The notes: generated from the letters alone by a model not told the origin. 64,000 nucleotides of DNA from an uncultured Pseudomonadales bacterium (GCA_964441155.1 CAYYKL010000004.1:5103-69102); one strand, 5' to 3'; positions 49,335 through 59,785 are shown, counted from the stretch's first letter. Program-made: numbers and translations.

Positions 49335-50432
49335 TTTAGGATAGTTACCTTGTGCCTGAATTAAAATATTGTGTAGTTTTTCACCGTGAGATTGCCAACT
49401 GAAGTTTTTTACCGCATGGGCTCGACATTGTTTTGCTAGTGTTTTGTGGAATTGAGGATCAAGCATTCTATCGATTGCAGTAGCTAATGATTTCGGATGC
49501 CTTTTGATAAGTAGTCCCGTTTTCTCAGAAATTACGGTTTCCTTATAACCTCCTTCGGATAAGGCTATTACTGGTGTAGCACATGACATTGATTCTAATG
49601 CTACTAATCCAAATGGCTCTTTCCGGGCTAAACAAAGCGTTGCAACAGCCTGAGAGTAGAGATGTGCAAGTTGTTTATCGGAGAATGGAAGGGTGCCGTT
49701 CTGGGACGACACATACCTCACGTTAATTTTTTTGTGCAAGATCGCTTTATGTAAAAATGTGTGACCGTTTATTTCATCTTTGCCACCGACAAAGAGAAAA
49801 AATGGCTCATGCCAATTTGTCTTGGCTGATTTTTTAAAGATTTTGCTGTCTACACCTAAACCTATAGGCTGAGCTTGCAATCCATAATGCTTAAGAATTG
49901 ACCTCGCATTGAACTGCGAATGAGTCAATCGAACGGTAGCTGCCCAAGTATTTCTTGTGTCGATTCGCTTTAACATGCTGCGCTCATACATGGCTGACCA
50001 TCGACTGAGCAGCTTCAAATGATTGAGCGAGTGCAATTCAGGCTCTGAGACTACTCGTAGCGGCTCTTCAATAAAATAAAGTGTAGGAATTTTACTCAAG
50101 CGCAAGAGATAGGGAGCTTGCGTGTGCCTGCATGGATGCACCAATAGTAAGTCAGGATTATGGGCGGAAATTTGAGCAGAAAGCGTTTGATATATGCCCC
50201 GCAACTGATAACGTAGCCAGAATGCGCGAGAAATTATTGTTTCATGATCTGGTGTTTTGTTGTTTATTTGGTGATTAATTATCACTACAGAGTTAGGTAA
50301 TAAAGCTTTTTTTTGATGAGCCGCGCTAAACCAGACTATTTGATGACCAAGAGAAGTGAGGTAAAGCACCTGCTCATAAACTACGCGAGCAGCTCCGCCT
50401 GGAGGCACATTATCAAAAACGGCGATTTTCAT
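49323..50432 (-). CDS. GT4 glycosyltransferase
   Basis: GGA and EPFGLVALESMSC motifs; ATG start chosen at 50432. Confidence 0.9.
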   Translation of the reverse strand: MKIAVFDNVPPGGAARVVYEQVLYLTSLGHQIVWFSAAHQKKALLPNSVVIINHQINNKTPDHETIISRAFWLRYQLRGIYQTLSAQISAHNPDLLLVHPCRHTQAPYLLRLSKIPTLYFIEEPLRVVSEPELHSLNHLKLLSRWSAMYERSMLKRIDTRNTWAATVRLTHSQFNARSILKHYGLQAQPIGLGVDSKIFKKSAKTNWHEPFFLFVGGKDEINGHTFLHKAILHKKINVRYVSSQNGTLPFSDKQLAHLYSQAVATLCLARKEPFGLVALESMSCATPVIALSEGGYKETVISEKTGLLIKRHPKSLATAIDRMLDPQFHKTLAKQCRAHAVKNFSWQSHGEKLHNILIQAQGNYPKLIN

Positions 50433-51588
50433 TGCCTGATTGTACCAGTGATACCCAGGTACTGACCATGACAGAAGCAGATTCTTTAGCAGAAAACTCA
50501 CGAGCTTGATTCAAGCCTTTTTGAATAATTGTGTCCCGTTTATGATTACTCATCTTAAGCATTTCCGTTATGGCTGTGCTCAAAATGGTTGAACTGCTCG
50601 TGTCAACCAGCATCGCTGCGTCACCAGCAACCTCCCTAAAAATTGGCAGATTGGAACAGATGACCGGCACCCCAGCCTTCATTGCCTCTGCGATTGGCAT
50701 CCCGAAACCTTCATATCGTGAAGCATAGACAAACGCATGTGCTCTGGCATACAACTGATCGAGACAAGTATCACAAACATACTCCGTCACCCAAATATTT
50801 TCTCCCGTACCTTGAACCACGTCAGATCCCCAACCTTTTGCGCCAACTATCACTAATGGATGATTCACTTTGATTGGAGCATCAAGTTGCTCGAATGCCA
50901 TAATAAGCGTGCCAAGGTTCTTTCTTGGTTCCCGAGTAGCCACACTTAATACGTAGTTATTTTTTTGAATCGTGGAAAATAATCCAGGCAACTTCTTTAT
51001 ACAGGCAAAGTCAACACAAGAGTCAGTCAGAGTCTGCCGATTATCGATTGGAGGATAAACAACTGAAACCATTTCTTTGGGCAATTGCCAATCTTTGACA
51101 AGCTCACTTTTCATGGTTTTCGAAATTGAAAAAAAGTGAGTACAACGGGAGCGAATCGCCCTCAATCGTCTGGTTTGAATTGATGCGTTTTTTTTTGTAT
51201 GGGAAGCGGGAATCTTTTGAGCAGATAAGTCAAACACCGTGGCCGTCGCTAGGCTATTCGTGGAAAAACTATAAGCGTCAAATTGATGCATAATATCCAT
51301 CGCACCAATTAATGGGTCAACAAGCTTTAAGGGAAGCATTTGCAAAGCGCTTAGCAACGAAGATTGGATTTTTTGAGGAACAAACAGGATTTTTTGCTTA
51401 AGCTGAGGGGCAATTTGATTCAGTTGCGCTTCAATTTTTTCTTGCAAACCCCGTGGACAAACTCCAATCAGCAAATATTCATGCTGTGATTCATACTTCA
51501 CCAAAGCATGAATCACACTGGCACAATAATAAGAAACACCAGTGGGTCGATCTTGAAATATAGGCGTTATGTCTAAAGCAATGCGCAT
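50413..51588 (-). CDS. GT4 glycosyltransferase (mannosyltransferase-like)
   Basis: TGVSYY, EPRKN and YEGFGMPIAEAM motifs; ATG start chosen at 51588. Confidence 0.92.
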   Translation of the reverse strand: MRIALDITPIFQDRPTGVSYYCASVIHALVKYESQHEYLLIGVCPRGLQEKIEAQLNQIAPQLKQKILFVPQKIQSSLLSALQMLPLKLVDPLIGAMDIMHQFDAYSFSTNSLATATVFDLSAQKIPASHTKKNASIQTRRLRAIRSRCTHFFSISKTMKSELVKDWQLPKEMVSVVYPPIDNRQTLTDSCVDFACIKKLPGLFSTIQKNNYVLSVATREPRKNLGTLIMAFEQLDAPIKVNHPLVIVGAKGWGSDVVQGTGENIWVTEYVCDTCLDQLYARAHAFVYASRYEGFGMPIAEAMKAGVPVICSNLPIFREVAGDAAMLVDTSSSTILSTAITEMLKMSNHKRDTIIQKGLNQAREFSAKESASVMVSTWVSLVQSGNENRRF

Positions 51589-51630
51589 GACATAATAATA
51601 GCAGAGTAAAAAAATTACTTGAGACAACAC

Positions 51631-52860
51631 ATGGGCTACACTAAATCAGCTCTATTAGGGTTTTCATGGATTGGCCTAATGCGCTTTTTTAGTCGCGGCG
51701 GCGGCATGCTTCGAGCCGCTCTATTAGCCCGATTGCTCTCGCCACAAGACTTTGGCATATTTGGCATCGCTTTTTTAGCTCTAGCATTTTTAGAACTTCT
51801 GACTGAAACAGGCATAAATGTCGTCTTGGTTCAAGAGCACGAGAACGCCATTGAGGAATATCTCAATACTGCCTGGGTTGTTTCTATTGTGCGCGGCGTA
51901 CTTGTTTGCCTGCTTTTGTGTCTAACTGCTCCGTTAATCGTTCTCTTTTTCAAAGAACCCCGAGCTTTACCATTATTGCTTTTAGTAAGTCTAGTCCCAT
52001 TAGTGAGAGGCTTCATCAATCCCGCAGTTGCTCGATTTCAAAAAAAACTGGAGTACCGTCGGGATTTTTCCTATCGAACAGTATTAATTGTTGTGGAAAC
52101 TTTGGTGAGCGTCACTCTTGCATTTATAACTCGTCATCCGGCAAGCTTGGTTGTAGGCTTACTCGCAAGTGCATTTATAGAGCTCATCATTACCCATACT
52201 ACAATCCGTCCACGCCCAAAACTTGCATTTAATCGAAAACAATTCACAAAAATCGTGAGCTCGGGAAAGTGGGTGACTACCGCCGGTATTTTTGAGTACA
52301 TCGCTAGCAGAAGCCAGGATATCGTCATTGGTCGCTTTATTTCAAGTGTTTCGTTAGGGCTGTATCAGATGGCCAATCGATTCACCACGCTACCAACGTC
52401 AGAAATCATCGAAGTCGTTAACCGAGTCACGTTCCCCATCTACACGAAAATTGCTGATGACAAGAAACGCTTGCGACGTGCTTTTTTTCGCAATTACTTA
52501 GGGATTTTAGCTTTATTTCTCCCGCTAACAATCGTAATTTATGTCTTTGCTGATGCGATAACGCTTTTCATCCTTGGAGACCAATGGATGGCTGTGGCGC
52601 CGCTTATGCGCTCCTTAAGCTTGCTCAACGCTGCAATTGTACTTACCGCTCCTTCAAACCCACTCTTGTTGGCGCTCAAAAAGCAAAAGCATCTATCAAA
52701 TCTCACCTTGTTGCGAGCATTCGTGCTGGTGATAATGATTGTGCCGATGATATCGAAATGGGGAATTAATGGTGTGATATATGCCACTTTCATTTCATAC
52801 ATGGTTACACTTCCGTTTAGATTCTGGTACACATTCAACGTACTTAAGGGAAGCCAGTGA
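51631..52860 (+). CDS. WzxC-like polysaccharide flippase
   Basis: LARLLSPQDFG, LGLYQMA and VTFPIY motifs; multi-TM. Confidence 0.9.
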   Translation: MGYTKSALLGFSWIGLMRFFSRGGGMLRAALLARLLSPQDFGIFGIAFLALAFLELLTETGINVVLVQEHENAIEEYLNTAWVVSIVRGVLVCLLLCLTAPLIVLFFKEPRALPLLLLVSLVPLVRGFINPAVARFQKKLEYRRDFSYRTVLIVVETLVSVTLAFITRHPASLVVGLLASAFIELIITHTTIRPRPKLAFNRKQFTKIVSSGKWVTTAGIFEYIASRSQDIVIGRFISSVSLGLYQMANRFTTLPTSEIIEVVNRVTFPIYTKIADDKKRLRRAFFRNYLGILALFLPLTIVIYVFADAITLFILGDQWMAVAPLMRSLSLLNAAIVLTAPSNPLLLALKKQKHLSNLTLLRAFVLVIMIVPMISKWGINGVIYATFISYMVTLPFRFWYTFNVLKGSQ

Positions 52861-53404
52861 TTAAAACACTTAAAGAATCTCTTGTGTATAGTGACTCGTG
52901 GCTTAGCTTCTACAAAGATGATGTTTCGTTTCCAGGTGGAGAAATTGGTACCTATGTTAAATTGAGACGTAAAAGCGGGGCAGGCGTAGTCCTAATTAAC
53001 CCAGAAAATAAATCATATTGGTACAATTATTACGATATCCAACGCAACGAGAATCATGGGTAATTCCAGGAGGAGGAATTGAGCCAGGGCAACAACCTGA
53101 AGAGGCAGCAATTTCCGAAACTCAAGAAGAAGTAGGCATACATATCGACGCCAAGCATCTCCAGCCGTTAGGTAGTTTTTATCCACTCAATAGTTTAAGT
53201 GACGAGCGCATTAGCTTGTTTTTGGCAAGAATTTCAGAATCTGAATTGAGAGATCACGTTGCAAACGATGCGGAAATCATTTCAGTTGCTCTCATTGAAA
53301 TTTCTCATGCTCTTCAAATGATTGAAGATGGACGGATTAACGATGAAATAACTGCACTCGCAATACACCTTGTTCTAAACAAACTAACTCTTGGCTCCCA
53401 GTAG
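52857..53404 (+). pseudogene. NUDIX hydrolase (ADP-ribose pyrophosphatase-like) split by a frameshift
   Basis: ORFs 52857-53063 and 53018-53404 join into one NUDIX protein if one A is added near 53010-53012. Confidence 0.75.
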
Positions 53405-54313
53405 TCCACGCACTGAACCGAGCATAACGCCAATATCCGCTACCACTTGAACAATAGGCAACACGACATAATATTCGAACCTATGCTTGGCCACGCGCTT
53501 CAATCGTTTGCGAAATTTAATTATCGGAAATAGAGGATAGAGCACAAACAACCAAGGCACCCAAATGAACAGGAAATAGCGCAGCCAAACTGTATGAATT
53601 CTCTGCATGTGTGGGCGATATCGCGCTTCCATATCGCCGCGTGCATATCCGGCAATTGCTTTGAAAAAATTTCCGAAAGATTTTGGTGGATGCCAATACA
53701 CAATTGCTTTAGGATTTATAATCATGCCCACCACTGACTTCAAACGCCGGGCAAATACTAAATCTTCGCATGTGGTTAAATATTCAGGATACTTGCCGGC
53801 TTTTTTCCAAGCCGCTTTTGTAAATGCAATCGATCGGGAAGACGGCAAAAAGCCCTTCGTGTTCAAATCATGCGGATCAGTTGCTGTAAACCAAGCAAAA
53901 CAACGCTCGATTATGTATTTGGTAATCGGCAAATAAAACCCGCCCACTACTTCATTTTCTCGCTTGGAACCGACTGCAATCGCCATTTCTTTAAGCCAAT
54001 CAATATCAGCCTTACATCCTGCATCGGTGATTGCAATCCATTCGTTGTTAGCGGACTCAATTCCTATATTCCTACCTTTTGAGCGATTAACATTGCCTGC
54101 TTTAATCAATTGAATTTTAATCGATGCATGCAACTCACCCCAATGCATAATTTGCTCAGCAGTAGCATCTCGTGATTGAGCATCAACAATAATGATTTCA
54201 TTCGGTTTGCATGACTGTTTTGCAAGAGAATTAAGCAAATCAGCAATGCTTAAAGCTTCATTTTTTGTCGTAACGACTACCGAAAAAGGTATTAATGGAG
54301 ATGCTGGATTCAT
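53384..54313 (-). CDS. GT2 glycosyltransferase
   Basis: TTKNE, IVDAQS, GRN, TDAG and ED motifs. Confidence 0.9.
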   Translation of the reverse strand: MNPASPLIPFSVVVTTKNEALSIADLLNSLAKQSCKPNEIIIVDAQSRDATAEQIMHWGELHASIKIQLIKAGNVNRSKGRNIGIESANNEWIAITDAGCKADIDWLKEMAIAVGSKRENEVVGGFYLPITKYIIERCFAWFTATDPHDLNTKGFLPSSRSIAFTKAAWKKAGKYPEYLTTCEDLVFARRLKSVVGMIINPKAIVYWHPPKSFGNFFKAIAGYARGDMEARYRPHMQRIHTVWLRYFLFIWVPWLFVLYPLFPIIKFRKRLKRVAKHRFEYYVVLPIVQVVADIGVMLGSVRGLLGAKS

Positions 54314-54505
54314 ATGGTATGTATCTTAAATAGCCCAGTCCTTATGTAGCGTCGAATTATTAGGCGAAACTCTAGATCTTAATCGGTAAAAATTCTATGC
54401 ATATATCGTGTGTAGACTTATCCCACATCCTGCTTTTAAAAATATGAGCAGTATTTTTATACTAGCTATTGTGAAATAGCATAGCAAATGCAATTGCTTT
54501 TTTTA

Positions 54506-55465
54506 CTAGCTCAGACGCTTGAAAGCGGCCACAAACATGGGGTCATATCCCTCTTGAAGATGTGGCAATACCCGTCTTACTTTGCCAAGATCAAATGCAC
54601 TTGTGAGATCAATACTTAATCCCGAAGATCCAATTTCTGGTACGTACGAAATGTCGATTAATTCAAGAGTGTTTCCCATATTCTTGAGTAGTTTAGCAAC
54701 AATTCCTTCGTTTTCTTGCACGTTTATAGCACAAGTGGCATATACCAAAGTGCCTCCAACCTTTAAGGCTTTGATAAGGCTTTTTATCAATCGAAGCTGT
54801 CTTTCAACTAGTTTGGTAATTCGCTTGGGCGTCCAAGTCTGCAATACTTTAGGGTTTTGCATCACATGTTTTTCGCTGCTGCATGGGGCATCAAGCAAAA
54901 TCTTATCGAAGACTTCGCCTGCTTTTGCACCAATAATTTCGGCTGGCAGATTAGCAGTCTCAGTATTTTCTAAACCGTAGGCGATCATGTTATTTTTCAA
55001 TTGGAGATAGCGCTGTTTAGACAGCTCATTTGCAACGATGGTGATTTCGTTCGAGGGAGTGCACCAGCTTAATGCCAAGGTTTTGCCACCTGGCGCAGCA
55101 CAGGCGTCCAGCACAACTTCTTTTGGCTGTATGTTGAGCGCTATCACCGGCAACAGTGAAGCAGGGTTAAGAAGATAAAACCAATGCTGATCGTATCCCG
55201 GCAGCTGCGATGGAAACGACATTTCCTTTGGCCATTTGATTGCCTGCGCAAACCATGGAATCGACTCCATGCTAAGTCCTTGAGCATCCCACAACTGTTT
55301 GAGCTTATTTTGATGGAGTGGATTTATTAGTATGCAAGGAACGTTTTTCAGCTTGAGAGATTGGATAAGTAGCTCATGATCATCGTTTGTCTTTGTCATT
55401 TGACGATAGAATTCATGAAATGCATTTTCGCCAATAATTTTTTGATCTCTTTTGGCTTTATTCAT
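54506..55465 (-). CDS. RsmB/RsmF (NOL1/NOP2/Sun) RNA m5C methyltransferase
   Basis: DACAAPGGKT, DAPCS and YATC motifs. Confidence 0.92.
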   Translation of the reverse strand: MNKAKRDQKIIGENAFHEFYRQMTKTNDDHELLIQSLKLKNVPCILINPLHQNKLKQLWDAQGLSMESIPWFAQAIKWPKEMSFPSQLPGYDQHWFYLLNPASLLPVIALNIQPKEVVLDACAAPGGKTLALSWCTPSNEITIVANELSKQRYLQLKNNMIAYGLENTETANLPAEIIGAKAGEVFDKILLDAPCSSEKHVMQNPKVLQTWTPKRITKLVERQLRLIKSLIKALKVGGTLVYATCAINVQENEGIVAKLLKNMGNTLELIDISYVPEIGSSGLSIDLTSAFDLGKVRRVLPHLQEGYDPMFVAAFKRLS

Positions 55466-56552
55466 ATGAATCTAGCCTTTCGGATGCCTTTAGCATTTGA
55501 TTAATAACCTCCTGCGCAACTTCACCGTTTAACGTATGTGGTTTATATTCGTTGCCAATGTAAATTGGCTGAAATCGCACATCAACTAAACTGTTTTCAA
55601 TAAAAATGTATTCACCCACGATTCCTTGCCGGGTTTTTTCTGACCAAAATTGATCAAAAACAAGATTTCCATGAGAATACACAATCAATTTCTGGTTATA
55701 TAGCTCGATAGCTTGCACCCAATGAGGATGACTTCCTAAAACTAAGGCTGCGCCTGCTTCTATGGCAGCATGCGCTAGATCTTGTTGATGTTGATTTGGA
55801 TCGTGCGTATATTCACTGCCCCAATGAAAATAGGGGATAACAACCGATGAACGCTTATTAGCAAGCGAAACTAAGGCAATTATTTCCTGAGGATTTCTTT
55901 CTTTTAGAGTGGCATCGATGCCAACCATTGCCACTTCTACGTTATCCTTTACTTGTAAGTAGGCAATTTCATCAAATCCAACATAGTGCAGCGCACCTTG
56001 ATCTAAAATTGTTTTTGTTTCAAGCAAACCTGCACTCCCAAAATTGAGACTATGGTTATTTGCCAGGCTTACCACATCAATTCCTGCATTTTTCAAAGCG
56101 TCTACATGCCTCAAATTGCCGCAAAATTTCATGCCATCAGAAAGCAAGGGACAGTTTGCCACCAAGGCGCCTTCCAAATTGACCATCGCAATATCAGCGT
56201 CTGAAAACAAATTCCCAAGATTCTCTAGTAATTGACCAAAGCTATCTTGATTGTTAGCCACCACATTAACATGTCTACCCGGATTGTAATCGCCGCCAAC
56301 TACCAATTTCCAGGATTTTTGGTCTGTAATCTCAATCACATCATCAAAGATCGTTTCGAGTGCAAGCATGTCGTGACTAGTGGGCAGCGGAATGGTGCTT
56401 GGAGTTACGGTAGAGATTTCAGTTTTTTTTGGGATTACTAATAACTGACGATTCTGAGACAGCACGGTCATTATGTACTTGATGAGCAACATATTAACCA
56501 GTGCAAAGGCACCCACCAAAGTCATTAGCCAGAAATTTTTATGTGCGCTCAT
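55458..56552 (-). CDS. CapA family metallophosphoesterase-like protein
   Basis: NLEG, LANNH, HWG.EY, GSHPH and YSHGN motifs. Confidence 0.9.
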   Translation of the reverse strand: MSAHKNFWLMTLVGAFALVNMLLIKYIMTVLSQNRQLLVIPKKTEISTVTPSTIPLPTSHDMLALETIFDDVIEITDQKSWKLVVGGDYNPGRHVNVVANNQDSFGQLLENLGNLFSDADIAMVNLEGALVANCPLLSDGMKFCGNLRHVDALKNAGIDVVSLANNHSLNFGSAGLLETKTILDQGALHYVGFDEIAYLQVKDNVEVAMVGIDATLKERNPQEIIALVSLANKRSSVVIPYFHWGSEYTHDPNQHQQDLAHAAIEAGAALVLGSHPHWVQAIELYNQKLIVYSHGNLVFDQFWSEKTRQGIVGEYIFIENSLVDVRFQPIYIGNEYKPHTLNGEVAQEVINQMLKASERLDSYE

Positions 56553-56644
56553 CCCTCTATTCTACCTGCAAATTTCTTGATAAGCGTGCTTTTTTCAGAT
56601 ACTTAGGGTAGGATGATCCCAATTAAAAAGGATGAAATGACGTC

Positions 56645-57511
56645 ATGAACTACTCCGAAACCACCTGGATATCGTTTTCGTCAATGCGAAATTTCATGCA
56701 ATGCCCACGATCATACTACCTCGCAAATGTTTTTCGCGATCCCAAAACTAATCACAAAATATCAACAGTCAGCCCTCCGCTTGCACTGGGGCAAATTGTG
56801 CACCAAGTACTTGAAGAGCTCTCTGGATTACCAGCTCAAAAACGTTTCGAAAAACCACTGACTGATGAATTTATTAAAAAATGGACCTCTGTTTCTGGAA
56901 AATTAGGTGGATTTTCAAGCGAGGCACAAGAAAATGAGTTCAAATTGCGAGGCTTAGAAATGCTGCGAAAAGTCCAGTTAAATCCAGGACCATTAGCAAA
57001 TTTGGCGATAAAACTTGCGGATAACTTACCAAGTTATTGGCTAAGCGATGTCGATCAAATCAAACTCTGCGGCAAAATTGACTGGCTTGAATATCTCCCC
57101 GACACAGATGAAGTCCATATTATTGATTTTAAAACAAGCAAGTCTACCCAAGAAAGCGAGAGCTTGCAGCTTCCCATTTATGTATTACTAACATCACACG
57201 TTCAAAAACGTGCGGTTAAAAAAACCAGTTATTGGTATTTAGGCCTGCACGACGCGCCCGTAGAACAGCCAGTGCCAGATCTCAAACAAGCGGAGCAAGA
57301 TATCGGTAAAATCGCACAAGAGATTAGATTGGCAAGAAAGCTTAATCGGTTTCCCTGCAAAAAGGCCAGCGCAACTTGCTCTTTCTGCTCACCATATGAA
57401 GCCATTATTGAAGGAAAAGCAATTTTTGTGGGGACTGGGATATACCAACAAGATTTATATATGATTCATCGATCAAATGAAGATGAAGGAAGCTCAAGCC
57501 TCATTCACTAG
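56645..57511 (+). CDS. PD-(D/E)xK nuclease, RecB/AddB-like, with probable Fe-S staple cysteines
   Basis: CP..YY, G..VH, GKID and IIDFKTS motifs; C-terminal C..C. Confidence 0.88.
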   Translation: MNYSETTWISFSSMRNFMQCPRSYYLANVFRDPKTNHKISTVSPPLALGQIVHQVLEELSGLPAQKRFEKPLTDEFIKKWTSVSGKLGGFSSEAQENEFKLRGLEMLRKVQLNPGPLANLAIKLADNLPSYWLSDVDQIKLCGKIDWLEYLPDTDEVHIIDFKTSKSTQESESLQLPIYVLLTSHVQKRAVKKTSYWYLGLHDAPVEQPVPDLKQAEQDIGKIAQEIRLARKLNRFPCKKASATCSFCSPYEAIIEGKAIFVGTGIYQQDLYMIHRSNEDEGSSSLIH

Positions 57512-58209
57512 AATTTTTTTTGCGTGTAGCGCATGGTGTAAGCAAGCTCAATAAGCTGAGCTGTTTCTTCAACGCTATAGTGCTGGGTGTTTACGGTTAA
57601 GTCGTAATATTTTGGACTTTTTATCTCTTTGCCAAAGTATTGCTTAACAAATCCCGCTCGCTCTGCCGCGACTTTTCGAATAATATCTCTGGCTTTTTGA
57701 TAATCAACCCCTTCGTATTTTACTGCTCGAGCAACACAAACTCGGTAGGGTGCAGTGATGCGCACATGAAAGCCTGCACCGCGAGGGACTATGAAATTTG
57801 TACCTCTTCCTAACAAAACAACGTTTCCTTTGTGCGCCAGACTCAGGACCACTCTATATAAGTGCTTTAAATATCGCTGCTCAGAAACATAATCTGGATT
57901 AATGAGTTGATGCACAATGTCTTGAACCATTGTTCGCTGTCGCTCGTCAACTCTTTCAATTATATCTTTGCGTAATTTTGCCGATGAGGCTACTTCTTGC
58001 AAAAGCTTGTCATCATAGAATTCATATCCCAACTTTTTTGCTAATAATTGGGCTATTGGCTTACCGCCACTTCCGGGATCACGAGCAACAGTAACAAATT
58101 TTCCAAACATTGTTGTCGGTTGATTTTGAAGATTACTTTGCACTTTCTTTTGTACAAGTTCTATTCTTTTATAAAATTCATTAATGAACTCATGATATAT
58201 GTTTTTCAT
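57508..58209 (-). CDS. Cytidylate-kinase-like family protein
   Basis: R..GSGG..IA..LA..LG, LGRG and YDL.VNT motifs; ATG start chosen at 58209. Confidence 0.88.
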   Translation of the reverse strand: MKNIYHEFINEFYKRIELVQKKVQSNLQNQPTTMFGKFVTVARDPGSGGKPIAQLLAKKLGYEFYDDKLLQEVASSAKLRKDIIERVDERQRTMVQDIVHQLINPDYVSEQRYLKHLYRVVLSLAHKGNVVLLGRGTNFIVPRGAGFHVRITAPYRVCVARAVKYEGVDYQKARDIIRKVAAERAGFVKQYFGKEIKSPKYYDLTVNTQHYSVEETAQLIELAYTMRYTQKKF

Positions 58210-58406
58210 AATATGATTATGACAATTGAGAAATGAATTATGCAATATGTATTAAATATTTCGGAAAATAATTTGAATTCACAATTTATTTCTGTATTTC
58301 TTGCCTTTAACATAAAGAGTTGCATTACTCACTTTGCAAAAAAATGTAAACAAAGATTAATATTGATTGATATGTGGTTTACAATATAAGTTTAGCGAGT
58401 ATTTAT

Positions 58407-58478
58407 GCCCTCGTAGCTTAAAGGATAAAGCAACGGTCTTCGGAACCGTTGATGGGGGTTCGATTCCCTCCGAGGGCA
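58407..58478 (+). tRNA. tRNA-Arg(TCG)
   Basis: Cloverleaf GCCCTCG...CGAGGGCA; anticodon loop CT-TCG-GA. Confidence 0.92.
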
Positions 58479-58581
58479 CTTAAAATCACTAAAGTACATT
58501 CAAGCTTGTACATAACAGCACTTACCTTGAGGCAACTTTTTGATTTTTAACATATTATAATAGTGTGCAAGCTTTTTAATT

Positions 58582-58653
58582 GCGCCCATAGCTCAGTGGT
58601 AGAGCGGTCGCCTCTTAAGCGATTGGTCGAAGGTCCGAATCCTTCTGGGCGCA
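58582..58653 (+). tRNA. tRNA-Lys(CTT)
   Basis: Cloverleaf GCGCCCA...TGGGCGCA; anticodon loop CT-CTT-AA; T-loop TCCGAAT. Confidence 0.92.
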
Positions 58654-58766
58654 CACATATGGAATCATTGCTTGAATTTTTTTCTTTTATGAGCGATCGT
58701 TTCCAAGCTTCACACTTTAATCCAAGCGCTTGAGCTCATATACTGATCATGATACGGTAATAAGGT

Positions 58767-59393
58767 ATGCCTAAGTCTTTAATTGTTATCGGATGGCTCG
58801 TGAGCTGCATCGTCATGCTTTCTGTCAGCACCACAACTCTTCAGTTTTTACTTAAGCCACAATATTTGCCTGAGAAAAATTCAAACTCCCAAGCAGTTAC
58901 GCTTCCTAATACCTCGCAAGTTGAGTCTCCGGCAACCTTAGGGATTGCTACCAGCGCAATGGTTGCCGACGCTCGCACAGAGATTATCGCTCGTTACTTG
59001 CATAAATATGATTCCCCCATGTCTGGATATGCGAGCTTAATAGTAGACACGGCTAATCTGGTTGCCAATGAATACAATTTAGATGCAACTCAGTTGGCAT
59101 ATCTCACTATTGCTATTGCGCAGAATGAAAGCAACCTGGGCAAGCGGATGCCAGAAAACTGCTTTAATGCTTGGGGATGGGGAATACATTCGGCCGGAAC
59201 ACTCTGTTTTGATAGCTGGGAAGAGGCAATACCAAAGTATATGAATGACTTTGCAAAAGAATATATGTATAAACAAGGACTCAATTCTCCAGAAGCAATC
59301 ATGAGTCGATACACTCCCCACTCACCAAATGGAGCGTGGGCAAAAAATGTTTCACACTTTCTTCATCTCATTGAGACTTATACATTTGAATAG
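58767..59393 (+). CDS. Membrane-anchored lysozyme-like (glucosaminidase-like) protein
   Basis: SPM, AIAQNES.LGK, NAWGWG and FDSWEEAI motifs. Confidence 0.72.
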   Translation: MPKSLIVIGWLVSCIVMLSVSTTTLQFLLKPQYLPEKNSNSQAVTLPNTSQVESPATLGIATSAMVADARTEIIARYLHKYDSPMSGYASLIVDTANLVANEYNLDATQLAYLTIAIAQNESNLGKRMPENCFNAWGWGIHSAGTLCFDSWEEAIPKYMNDFAKEYMYKQGLNSPEAIMSRYTPHSPNGAWAKNVSHFLHLIETYTFE

Positions 59394-59453
59394 GCCGCAA
59401 AAAGATATTTTATTCAATTGCAACTTGGTTGGAGCAGAAGATTGCTCCAGTAG

Positions 59454-59482
59454 TTGACAATCCCATATTATTTTCATATAAT
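59454..59482 (+). promoter_or_regulatory. Consensus sigma70 promoter
   Basis: TTGACA-N17-TATAAT exact match. Confidence 0.85.
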
Positions 59483-59487
59483 ACCGC

Positions 59488-59533
59488 CACGTCCAACGGT
59501 TTCTCTCACCGGAGTTACTGTTGGATTTTTTTT
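59488..59533 (+). ncRNA. Candidate small hairpin RNA ending in an intrinsic terminator
   Basis: TCCAACGGT...ACTGTTGGA stem and T8 tract directly after the consensus promoter. Confidence 0.45.
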
Positions 59534-59625
59534 ATTCTCTTTTTTAAGTGCCTATAAATTAGTAGAATTTTACGTTCAATCCTGTATACTCTTTTCTGGT
59601 CGTCCCATTTCTTAATGCAAAGATT

Positions 59626-59713
59626 GCCAGAGTGCTGGAACTGGTAGACAGGCACGGCTTAGGACCGTGTGCGGTTTTACCGCGTGTGGGTTCAAGTCCC
59701 TCCTCTGGCACCA
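59626..59713 (+). tRNA. tRNA-Leu(TAG)
   Basis: Cloverleaf with long variable arm; anticodon loop CT-TAG-GA; encoded CCA. Confidence 0.95.
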
Positions 59714-59785
59714 TCAGTCGCATATTTTAAGTGCTTGTCAATTAGTGGCATTATTACTAATGTTTCTTGAGGTATACTACGTGCT

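Noticed and set aside
56645-57511. Cas4 or defence system
   Set aside because: Stand-alone RecB-like nuclease among housekeeping genes, with no cas1, array or partner genes.
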